DNA of 32,000 nt, taken from assembly GCF_018398935.1 (NCBI RefSeq), contig NZ_CP074694.1, positions 4,770,001-4,802,000 of the forward strand, written 5' to 3'. Under the pieces are notes generated by a model. It saw nothing but the letters and a program-made list of their open reading frames with translations. It was not told the origin of the DNA and did not search any database. Each line of letters opens with the position of its first letter. The first letter of the stretch is position 1. The translations under genes and the position numbers were made by a program. Shown here piece after piece: positions 1 through 7,565 of the stretch. The stretch is from Telmatocola sphagniphila (GTDB taxonomy: Bacteria > Planctomycetota > Planctomycetia > Gemmatales > Gemmataceae).

Positions 1-1152
1 TTCGTAAAGAATGCCGATATCGCCATTCACTTCCGGTTCGATTTGCAAACGCTCGCAGGTGTAGTACTGTTCGCCGGGATGAACGATCTGCGTTTCCACT
101 ACCGGTCGATGCTCGGCATCGACCACATTGCCTGCGGCACAACGCGATTGCCATTCTTCTCTCGGCAGATGGCCCAGTACATCGCAAAGAAATTCGAGGA
201 TCTGCCAGCCATCGTGCCGGGCATGGATTTTCAGAGGCCGATAATTATCCTTGGGTACACTTCCCGGCAACGGCGCGGTGACTTGTTTCAACCTTAGCCG
301 ATGTTCCGCGAGAGTTAATTCCTGTTGCTCTTGGGGTGTCCTGAAACAATGAGGACAGGAGACCCCTTCGACGTAATGCGGGTCGGCCACCTCCTCGGCC
401 GAGAGTACGCGCTGGCAGACGAAGCAGAGGCCGCGGCCGGTTTCTTCGAGATCGGTCGCCAGACCGACACGCTTATCGAAAACAAAACATTCCCCGTCAT
501 AGTGTTCGCTGCCACACTCCTCGAAGTATTTCAGGATGCCGCCGTCAAGTTGATAGACGTGTTGAAAGCCCTGTTGCAGAAGAAAGGGGGCCGCTTTTTC
601 GCAGCGAATTCCACCGGTACAGAAGGTGACCATCGGCTGCTCGGCCGAGGGTCGCGGCAGTTTATCGATGGCCGCGGGAAAATCGCGAAAATGTTGAATA
701 CCGATGGGTAGCGCATTGCGGAATGTTCCGAGATGCACTTCGAAATCGTTTCGGGTATCCAACAGCGTCACGGCCCGTCCTTCATCCAGCCAGCGTTTTA
801 ATTCCGTCGCGGAAATTCGCGGCGCCGGCTGACGGGCCGGATCGATGCCGGGAACCCCAAAAGCGATAATCTCTTTCTTTATCTTCACCAGCATCCGCGT
901 GAACGGCTGATCTTCGCTTTCACTGATTTTGGGTTCCAGCATTTCCAGACCGGGAACGGAGCGGAGCGAGGCCAACAGCCGGTCGATATCGGCGGCCAGC
1001 CCGGCGACAAAGAGATTGATTCCTTCGGTGCTTAAAAGAATGGTTCCTTTAAGTCCCCAGGCCCGGCAATCGGCAATCAGTTGTTGGCGCAGAGTTTTCA
1101 GATCCGTCAGCGGAGCGAATTTATAAGCCGATATGTTGATCACTGCTGGCAC
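1..1152 (-). CDS. trhO: TrhO/YceA-like rhodanese-domain tRNA uridine(34) hydroxylase. The C-terminus runs off the left window edge. The distal part resembles the S4-like N-terminal region of an RluA-family pseudouridine synthase.
   Basis: Absent from the ORF track because the ORF is open at the window edge. My hand translation of the minus strand starts at GTG 1152, which has GGGAG 8 nt upstream (alternative GTG at 1143). It gives VPAVINISAYKFAPL...MVTFCTGGIRCEKAAPFLLQQGFQHVYQLDGGILKYFE...GECFVFDKRVGL, matching the E. coli YceA CTGGIRCEKA rhodanese active-site region. It then continues CFVCQ..SCPHCF and ...EEWQSRCAAGNVVDAEHRPV..EPEVNGDIGILYE at the edge. Confidence 0.8.
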   Translation of the reverse strand, partial: MPAVINISAYKFAPLTDLKTLRQQLIADCRAWGLKGTILLSTEGINLFVAGLAADIDRLLASLRSVPGLEMLEPKISESEDQPFTRMLVKIKKEIIAFGVPGIDPARQPAPRISATELKRWLDEGRAVTLLDTRNDFEVHLGTFRNALPIGIQHFRDFPAAIDKLPRPSAEQPMVTFCTGGIRCEKAAPFLLQQGFQHVYQLDGGILKYFEECGSEHYDGECFVFDKRVGLATDLEETGRGLCFVCQRVLSAEEVADPHYVEGVSCPHCFRTPQEQQELTLAEHRLRLKQVTAPLPGSVPKDNYRPLKIHARHDGWQILEFLCDVLGHLPREEWQSRCAAGNVVDAEHRPVVETQIVHPGEQYYTCERLQIEPEVNGDIGILYE

Positions 1153-1270
1153 CGACCAAGTCTCCCATCTACTTCGTTACTCCTAATCAGCGTAGCAAAA
1201 GTGGAAAAAATACGTAGAAATTGAACGCGAATGGATAGCTCTTTAAGGGCTTTTTGGTTGCACATCCATT

Positions 1271-1302
1271 CTTCTCTGCGCTCTCGGCGTGCTCTGCGGT
1301 TT
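1271..1302 (-). repeat. Degenerate 9-mer (NNCGCAGAG-type) triple-repeat element, copy 1
   Basis: The reverse complement is AACCGCAGAGCACGCCGAGAGCGCAGAGAAG. By hand alignment, 22 of 31 positions are identical to 26686-26718. Confidence 0.5.
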
Positions 1303-1354
1303 CCCGAATTTGTCGATTTAAAATTCAGATATGGAGATTGATTTGCTACCGCTA

Positions 1355-1386
1355 CTCAGAAAAGAGCTGGGCGAAAGCCAGCGCTT
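1355..1386 (-). terminator. Putative rho-independent terminator of the 1385..1828 gene
   Basis: The minus strand reads AAGCGCTGG-CTTTCGC-CCAGCTCTT followed by TTCT. This is a 9-bp stem with one mismatch. It overlaps the TAA stop codon. Confidence 0.5.
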
Positions 1387-1828
1387 ACTGAGCGGCACTG
1401 GCTTTTTTCAACGCTGCGTCCACAGCTTCCTTTTCGGTTCGACCAAACGCTTCCACCCGCCCCTTGGCCGTGAAGAAGGAGAAGGAGTATTTATCGCCTT
1501 GCTGATCGAGTGCAAAGCGGGTTGCCCCGAGTTGGGCGAGTTGCTTGCGCACCAAAGACCAGTCGGGAGCTTCCTCCAGCACTTCCGTCTTCAGTCCGAT
1601 CCCTAACTCTTCGGGAGTCGGGATGCGGAATTCCCGGCGCGGTTTTTCCTCGGCGGTCTTGGCCCGGGCCGCGGGATTCTGCGCGCCCTTGGTCCCCTTC
1701 AGCAAGGGCGGGACATAAGTAGACTGTGCCCGCGCATCGAGCGGCGCTTGTCCCGTCGGATGCTGCGACAGTAAACCGGGGGAGTAAGGATAGCCAGGTA
1801 TTTGTTGGAGAATGGGCGGACCGCCCAC
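1385..1828 (-). CDS. Hypothetical protein with a Pro/Gly-rich N-terminus. It may extend to ATG 1942 if the in-frame TGA at 1856-1858 is read through or is a sequencing error.
   Basis: ORF track 147 aa with a GTG start. The same frame upstream encodes MDALRKIIVIAGVLACLAGVAERASASG, which is signal-peptide-like, and then hits TGA. I recognised no family. Confidence 0.55.
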   Translation of the reverse strand: MGGPPILQQIPGYPYSPGLLSQHPTGQAPLDARAQSTYVPPLLKGTKGAQNPAARAKTAEEKPRREFRIPTPEELGIGLKTEVLEEAPDWSLVRKQLAQLGATRFALDQQGDKYSFSFFTAKGRVEAFGRTEKEAVDAALKKASAAQ

Positions 1829-2031
1829 GTCTGGTCCACAAGGGACGCCCGGCGTTCACCCCGAGGCGGAAGCACGTTCCGCCACTCCGGCCAGACAGGC
1901 CAAAACACCTGCGATGACGATGATCTTCCGCAAAGCATCCATGCTGAAGCGGATTTCCTCTTCAAAAGAATTGGGCGAGTTCCGTAAGAAGAACAGTAAT
2001 CCAACTTTGTAAATTCAACAAGAGCAAGCTC

Positions 2032-2832
2032 ATGAGCCTCTCTTCGGATGCACCAGCGGAATCTTCCCAGGATACGCAGCTTCTCGAAAGTCTCTATGAG
2101 ATCAGTCGAGATAACGGGCAGATCACATTTCTGCCGTTACCTGCCGCGCGAAAGATGTTTCGGATCATCCAATATATCACGCTCGGATTTCTCATTGTGA
2201 CGCTGGGCTGTCTGGTCGCCTATCAGCTCACGGGAATAGTATTGTTCGCCGTGACTGCAGGTATGTTCGGTTTCTTCGGAGTGTCACTCTTCTGGGTATC
2301 TCTGCAGGGTTCGCGAAATGCCCATAAGCCCTTGATCCTGGATTCTGACGGGTCGATCTACTTCGGTTCGAAACTCTGGGTCGCTGCCAGGGAGTGCAGA
2401 GCGATTCGATTCTGGATGTCGGAGCAAAGCGGTGAAGCGGGAACCCATCTCGTACCGAATCTGAAATTGGAACTGGTCGAAAATCGCTTCAAAGAGCTGC
2501 CCTGGCCCTGTTTTGTTTCCACTAACAGCGAACATTGTCGGGTACTGGCAGAAAGGTTATCGCGCGAATTGAAAGTGCCCGTCAGTCACATTGCAGCGCC
2601 AGCGGTTCAATCCCGGAAATCCCGTCGCTGGACGGTATTTATTTTACTCCTGATTGGTGTGCCCCATTTTTTGATCGGACTGTTTACCGTTTTAAATCAG
2701 GGGCAGGGCTGGGAATTCGGACTCCTATTTATCGGCAGCGGTATGTTCCTGTTATATTTGGCTAACTTTTTAATTCGGAAGAAACGAAAATCCGACGAGG
2801 AAACATTTCAGCATCCCTCAAACACCTATTGA
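2032..2832 (+). CDS. Hypothetical integral membrane protein with about 4 predicted TM helices
   Basis: ORF track 266 aa. One hydrophobic pair is IIQYITLGFLIVTLGCLVAY / IVLFAVTAGMFGFFGVSLFWV. A second pair near the C-terminus is WTVFILLLIGVPHFLIGLF / LLFIGSGMFLLYLANFLI. No recognised domain. Confidence 0.7.
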   Translation: MSLSSDAPAESSQDTQLLESLYEISRDNGQITFLPLPAARKMFRIIQYITLGFLIVTLGCLVAYQLTGIVLFAVTAGMFGFFGVSLFWVSLQGSRNAHKPLILDSDGSIYFGSKLWVAARECRAIRFWMSEQSGEAGTHLVPNLKLELVENRFKELPWPCFVSTNSEHCRVLAERLSRELKVPVSHIAAPAVQSRKSRRWTVFILLLIGVPHFLIGLFTVLNQGQGWEFGLLFIGSGMFLLYLANFLIRKKRKSDEETFQHPSNTY

Positions 2833-3843
2833 GTTCGGTTCCGCATCCAGATCGAGATCCGCGAAGCGTCCGAGCTTATACTTTTCGACCGCCAGGCAGG
2901 CCATCGCCGCGTTGTCGGTGCAGAGGTTCATCGGGGGAATGAATAACTCGTAGCCTCGTTTCGCACACATTTTTTCCAGCCCGGCCCGCAACGTTTTATT
3001 GGCAGTCACTCCGCCGCCCACGGCCAAACGTTTAAGGCCGGTTTGCCGCAACGCTTTATCGCATTTGGAAACCAGCACATCCACGACCGCTGTCTGAAAG
3101 CTGGCCGCCAGATCGGCCCGCCGTGCGCCCGGACCGGGAAATGGCCCTTTAGCATTGCCCACCCCATGCAGGGCATAGAGCACGGCCGTTTTCAGACCGC
3201 TAAAGCTGAAGTCGAGCGAATCGTCGTGAATGAAAGATCGTGGAAAAGCATGCGCCTGCGGATTGCCCAACGCGGCCTCTTTTTCGAGCGCCGGACCTCC
3301 GGGGAAACCCAGTCCGAGAATCGCGGCGACTTTATCGAAGGCTTCGCCGGCCGCATCGTCGCGCGTGCCGCCGATGAGTTCGAATTCCAGAGCCGACTTG
3401 CAGTGAAAGAGTGAAGTGTGTCCGCCGGAAACCACTAAACCGACACACGGGAAAATATCTCGCGCGGCCGCGACCCGGCAAGCAAAAATGTGCGAGGAAA
3501 CGTGATTGACCGATATCAACGGCAGGTTCAGAGCGAGGGAAAGCGACTTGGCCGCCGTCACTCCGATCAGTAGTGCCCCCACTAAACCGGGCGTGTTATG
3601 CACGGCGATACAATTGATATCCGAAAGTGTGACATTCGCCTGCTTCAGGGCTTCCTCGATCATCGGCAGGATGTTGCGAAGATGAGCCCGCGCGGCGATT
3701 TCGGGGACCACGCCGCCGAAGTGAGCGTGCAGGTCGGTCTGCGAAGCGACCACGTTGGAAAGGATGGTCAGGTCATCGCGAAACACGGCCGCCGAGGTTT
3801 CGTCGCAGGAAGTTTCGAGAGCAAGAAAGAGCATGGTTGCCAA
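2818..3843 (-). CDS. tsaD: tRNA N6-adenosine threonylcarbamoyltransferase TsaD (Kae1/Gcp/YgjD family)
   Basis: 341 aa. The N-terminus LALETSCDETSAAV, then HFGGVVPEIAARAH, VSGGHTSL, the GEAFDK motif and GGVTAN are the characteristic TsaD signature blocks. Confidence 0.96.
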   Translation of the reverse strand: MATMLFLALETSCDETSAAVFRDDLTILSNVVASQTDLHAHFGGVVPEIAARAHLRNILPMIEEALKQANVTLSDINCIAVHNTPGLVGALLIGVTAAKSLSLALNLPLISVNHVSSHIFACRVAAARDIFPCVGLVVSGGHTSLFHCKSALEFELIGGTRDDAAGEAFDKVAAILGLGFPGGPALEKEAALGNPQAHAFPRSFIHDDSLDFSFSGLKTAVLYALHGVGNAKGPFPGPGARRADLAASFQTAVVDVLVSKCDKALRQTGLKRLAVGGGVTANKTLRAGLEKMCAKRGYELFIPPMNLCTDNAAMACLAVEKYKLGRFADLDLDAEPNSIGV

Positions 3844-4057
3844 TTATCCGGAATCGATACCGCCGAGTCGGGTATCGAAATTGCTGTAAAGGATCTCATT
3901 CTATTGGGATTTTGCGTTTTGAAAGATGGGAGCATTCCGAGATCGCCTTACGGCTTATTTCTGGTGAACTGCGAAAAGTCCGGACTGAATTCCGATCTGA
4001 AAATCGCAATCTAACGATATAATTTTAATATTCACTCGCCGATTTCCCGAGCTAATC

Positions 4058-4477
4058 ATGGCCAAAATCACGGTCGAAGCCAAGCTGGAAAATATCAGCG
4101 ATGTGTTCGAAGTTCTCAACGGTACTCGAAAAGCCGCCGAGGTCCGGACCATTGAAGTCAAAAATGCGTTGGTAGACACAGGAGCCACCGGTTTACTCGC
4201 GCCGAAGCATATCATCGAATCGCTCGGATTGAAAATGTTTCGCGCCCGGCAGGGTCGCGGAATTGGCGGTCCGATCAAGATTGATATGTATGGAACCGTG
4301 CGTCTGACAATTCAGGGCCGGGATTGCAATGTCGATGTCGGCGAGATCGACGATAATCTGCCGGTTATTGTCGGCCAGATTCCTTTGGAACTCCTCGATT
4401 GGGTGATCGACATGCGCGAACAGAAATTGGTGGGGAATCCGGAGCACGGCGGTGAGCACATGATTGATGTGCTCTGA
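4058..4477 (+). CDS. Retropepsin-like (clan AA) aspartic protease, small single-domain type
   Basis: 139 aa with the catalytic-type motif ALVDTGATGL. Size and layout fit bacterial and archaeal retropepsin-like proteases. Confidence 0.7.
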   Translation: MAKITVEAKLENISDVFEVLNGTRKAAEVRTIEVKNALVDTGATGLLAPKHIIESLGLKMFRARQGRGIGGPIKIDMYGTVRLTIQGRDCNVDVGEIDDNLPVIVGQIPLELLDWVIDMREQKLVGNPEHGGEHMIDVL

Positions 4478-4493
4478 TTTTTTAAATAATTAA

Positions 4494-5294
4494 CTATTCC
4501 TTCCAGTTGTTCGACTGCCGCCAGAATTCGAGCGGGTTATCGAACACCACTTTCTTGATCACTTCCGCCGAGTGTCCCCGACGTTTCATTTCCTGAATCA
4601 ATTCCGGCACGGCCAGCGGATCCGATTTGCCCCAGTCACCCGCCGAGTTGACCATAATGCGATCCGTACCGTACCGTTCGAGAATATCCACGGCCCGGGC
4701 CGGCGTGCACTTGGTCGTGGGGTACAAAGTCATGCCGCACCAGAATCCGCCGTCGAGGGCCAGTTTTACCGTGTGTTCCTCGACGTGATCGACGCAGACG
4801 CGCTGCGGCGTGATCCGCTTATCGTTTTGCAGCATATCGATGATCATCCGCGTCCCCTTATATTTATCTTCGAGGTGCGGCGTGTGAATCAGAATCAGTT
4901 CATTGGTTTTCGCAGCCAGATCGAGATGTTCCTGAAACACGATGGCTTCGTTGGGGGTGTTTTTGTTCAGGCCGATTTCGCCGACGCCGAGGACGTTGGG
5001 CTTTTTCAGAAATTCGGGAATCAGGGCAATGACATCCCGGGCCAGGGAGACGTTTTCCGCTTCCTTGGCGTTGATGCAGAGCCAGCAGTAGTGCTTGATA
5101 TGGAACTGGGCGGCCCGTTTGGGTTCGGTATCGGTGAGGGAGCGGAAATAGTCGTGAAAACCGGAGGCAGTCCCGCGGTCGAATCCGGCCCAGAAGGCCG
5201 GTTCGCTGATGGCGTAGCACTGAGCGTAGGCCATGCGCTGGTAGTCGTCCGTGGTCCGCGAGATCATGTGAATATGGGGGTCGATGAATTGCAT
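4494..5294 (-). CDS. TatD-family metal-dependent hydrolase
   Basis: 266 aa. The N-terminal MQFIDPHIHM (HxH metal site), GEIGLN, LILIHTPH and a late VDH fit the TIM-barrel amidohydrolase/TatD pattern. Confidence 0.8.
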   Translation of the reverse strand: MQFIDPHIHMISRTTDDYQRMAYAQCYAISEPAFWAGFDRGTASGFHDYFRSLTDTEPKRAAQFHIKHYCWLCINAKEAENVSLARDVIALIPEFLKKPNVLGVGEIGLNKNTPNEAIVFQEHLDLAAKTNELILIHTPHLEDKYKGTRMIIDMLQNDKRITPQRVCVDHVEEHTVKLALDGGFWCGMTLYPTTKCTPARAVDILERYGTDRIMVNSAGDWGKSDPLAVPELIQEMKRRGHSAEVIKKVVFDNPLEFWRQSNNWKE

Positions 5295-5385
5295 GGTGTC
5301 GTATCTCCTTATTAATAATAGACTTGCGGTTTGGCCGTCACGAATTCTGTCCCGAGATCGATCCTCGTTTCCACTATCGTTGCCA

Positions 5386-6039
5386 TCACTCGGCCCGCGT
5401 CAACGCGCAACCGTAGGCGTCAAACGGTATTTTCGTGATCTCTGGCGAGAAGAACCAGTTCACGATGGCGTCGTGTGCTGGACACGGTAGTTCCCAAAAG
5501 GCGTTCGATAGCTTGTTTCGGGGTAAGCTTCCGACGTTGTCCTCGAAGTAAGCAAGTACGGCCGCTGGGCTTTTCGCAATCTGCCTCAGATACGGCATGA
5601 CGTCGAACCCCATCCGCGCGATCGCACACATCCAGTCGTCGAGCCGGTGGTAATCCCCGGATTCGATAACCGAACAGATCACGGCTTCAAGGTACTGGTT
5701 CAACGCGGAACGCTGAGTGTCGGTCCAAGAATCGGGATCAGCGCTCCGTATCGCTCGGCCCGTTACTTCGGGGTTCGGCCACCACGACGAGTCAGTCGCC
5801 GTTATCTCTAAAATGCGCGGCAGGAAGTATAGGTAGTCTGCAACCTCCCCGACGGTCAGGAACGCGGATGAGGCGTATGACGCCAGTTCCTGCGGGGTGA
5901 TGGCCCGAAGGCTCTTCGCCAGTAGGACATGGATCTCCTTCTTATCGATGCAGCAGGGGCAGCCGTCGATGTGTCGCGGCCTCGGGTTTTTCGCGAACGC
6001 CCGGTAAAGCTGCTCAATGGTATTTTGGACAGTCTGCAT
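5386..6039 (-). CDS. Hypothetical protein with an N-terminal GCPCC motif, possibly an orphan immunity-type protein
   Basis: 217 aa. Contains ..RHIDGCPCCIDKKE.. followed by YLYFLPRILEI. No catalytic motifs recognised. Any assignment is by context only. Confidence 0.6.
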   Translation of the reverse strand: MQTVQNTIEQLYRAFAKNPRPRHIDGCPCCIDKKEIHVLLAKSLRAITPQELASYASSAFLTVGEVADYLYFLPRILEITATDSSWWPNPEVTGRAIRSADPDSWTDTQRSALNQYLEAVICSVIESGDYHRLDDWMCAIARMGFDVMPYLRQIAKSPAAVLAYFEDNVGSLPRNKLSNAFWELPCPAHDAIVNWFFSPEITKIPFDAYGCALTRAE

Positions 6040-6364
6040 GACTTCCCCCGGGCGAGGTTGAGGGCACCAGCAAGCACAGCGACAACAAGTGATGCAGACG
6101 AGAACGCTGGCACACCGGAGGCCTGTCGCGAATAGTCACGAATTAGTCACGAGTTCTGTGGAAAGGGTGGAAAAAATGGCCAATCCGCCCCGTTCCAGTT
6201 TCGCCACGATCTGACGTAACCCCTTTTCAGGAAGGACGTTTAGTTCCCGTTCTAGTGACATAATTCGTGCGGGTCGATGTAGTGCATGATTGCGACTCTG
6301 GGTATCAAATTTCCTGCTCGGCGGACGAAGCTCCGAAGGTATCGCTTCCGCACAGTCTATCTTA

Positions 6365-6805
6365 TCAGGAAGCCTGGCCGAGCACAGGAAAGTGCGCGAT
6401 TGCTTCGCGGAGTTGAGAGAGGAGAAGTGGCAGGAAGGTTTGATCGAGACGAAGCTGGAACTTCAAAGTGTTGCCCACACCCGGTTCGTCTTGTAATTCA
6501 CATTCGAATGTCATGTGACCCTTACCATCACCCACAACGCGGATTGACAACCAACCTTCCATGGTCGCGAACTCAGCAGTTCCCCGCAGAATTTTTTCCA
6601 GATTGGAAAGTCGGTCGTAAAAGCGGACTAGTTCGTCGGCACGAAGATCACCATAAGCCCGACCGTGAAAGCCGCCTGCTACCACTTCGACTTGAGAGCG
6701 TATCCAGTTTCCATCCCAGTAATCCTGGCATGCGGGATGTGAACGGTCGAACAACGCTATTGCCAGGAATTCGGAGTCTGGTCGGCCGATGTGGATTGTG
6801 CACAT
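6365..6805 (-). CDS. WapI-like immunity-family protein (tentative)
   Basis: The ORF track gives 6365..6883. I prefer the internal ATG at 6805 (MCTIHIGRPDSE..., GAAGG about 11 nt upstream) because the longer form overlaps the upstream gene. The DYWDGNW motif plus TMEGWLSIRV..LKFQLRLDQTFLP recalls WapI-family immunity proteins. This is from memory and unverified. Confidence 0.5.
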   Translation of the reverse strand: MCTIHIGRPDSEFLAIALFDRSHPACQDYWDGNWIRSQVEVVAGGFHGRAYGDLRADELVRFYDRLSNLEKILRGTAEFATMEGWLSIRVVGDGKGHMTFECELQDEPGVGNTLKFQLRLDQTFLPLLLSQLREAIAHFPVLGQAS

Positions 6806-6869
6806 AGTTTTGAAACCTTCGATCCTGAGCGAGCTGACTGCACATAACAATCCGACTTCGGAAAAATGG

Positions 6870-7289
6870 TTACTTGGGGGCATTTTTTTGGAGTACTCGG
6901 CGGACTATCCTGCGCCAATCTTGTTCAATCCAATCATCTCCGATCGCCGGAACACGGTAGTGTTTCCAGCCTGCTAATTCAAATTCTCCCATCATCCAGC
7001 TCGAACGCTCCAGGTTACTTGTGTGAACAAGGATGGGGCAGATAGGAGGAAGCGTCGCAAGATATTTGGTTACATCCCATCCTGTTCCCGGATCTTCCAA
7101 GCTATCTCGAAGAGGTTCTAGATCATGATCGAGAGAAATTAGAATCGCCAAGGGCAACAACGATTCCACCTCACGTATCATTGACCACGCATCACGCCAC
7201 ACGTGCAGATGTAATTGAGGGTTCAGTCCCTTTAGGACAGTACTAAATCTGATGATCCTGTCTGCATTATCCTCCAACATTAGCAGCAC
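6870..7289 (-). CDS. Stand-alone REC-fold protein resembling the cyclic-phosphate-processing receiver (cREC) family
   Basis: 139 aa. The motifs MLLMLEDNADRI, ILISLDHDLE, GTGWDVTKYL and ILVHTSN reproduce the beta1/beta3/beta4 layout of receiver-like domains of the LDHDL..GTG.DV..VHS.N type. No output domain is present. Confidence 0.5.
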   Translation of the reverse strand: MLLMLEDNADRIIRFSTVLKGLNPQLHLHVWRDAWSMIREVESLLPLAILISLDHDLEPLRDSLEDPGTGWDVTKYLATLPPICPILVHTSNLERSSWMMGEFELAGWKHYRVPAIGDDWIEQDWRRIVRRVLQKNAPK

Positions 7290-7518
7290 GAATATCTCCT
7301 TTTACCGAAGAGCCAGTTGCTAGTGTCTCCGCCATTGCCACGAGTTTCAACCTTCCAGAACGCTTGAATCAATCCAGAAATAGGCCGTCTTTCCTACGGA
7401 GCTTACCATGGATTGCAAGCGCAAATGGCCTGGACATCGACGCCTCGTCGAATCAAAAAATCCCGGAAAAATGGAATTTTTTTAAGCCGCCTGGCTGTCT
7501 TCAGATCTTCGTTCCCGA

Positions 7519-7540
7519 GCCAATGGGCTAGCCGTTGGCC
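7519..7540 (+). repeat. Partial copy (3' box only) of the GCCAWTGGC-bounded repeat family
   Basis: GCCAATGGGCTAGCCGTTGGCC here matches GCCAATGGCCTAGCCATAGGCACC at 27477-27500 and CCAATGGCATAGCCATCGGCACC at 9448-9470. Confidence 0.55.
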
Positions 7541-7565
7541 AAGGGGGTGATCCGTCGAACAGGAA

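Noticed and set aside
1856-1858. In-frame TGA as a selenocysteine codon
   Set aside because: No redox-type CxxU/UxxC context is present. The only downstream hairpin (GGACC-N10-GGTCC) starts about 20 nt away and lacks resemblance to bacterial SECIS apical loops. A nonsense mutation, a sequencing error or an alternative start is more parsimonious.
4572-5315. 247-aa plus-strand ORF antisense to the TatD-family gene
   Set aside because: The minus-strand product has clear TatD metal-binding motifs. The plus-strand ORF is a shadow.
6286-6807. 173-aa plus-strand ORF opposite the WapI-like gene
   Set aside because: It is Arg-rich and featureless. The minus-strand frame has the more protein-like sequence and recognisable motifs.
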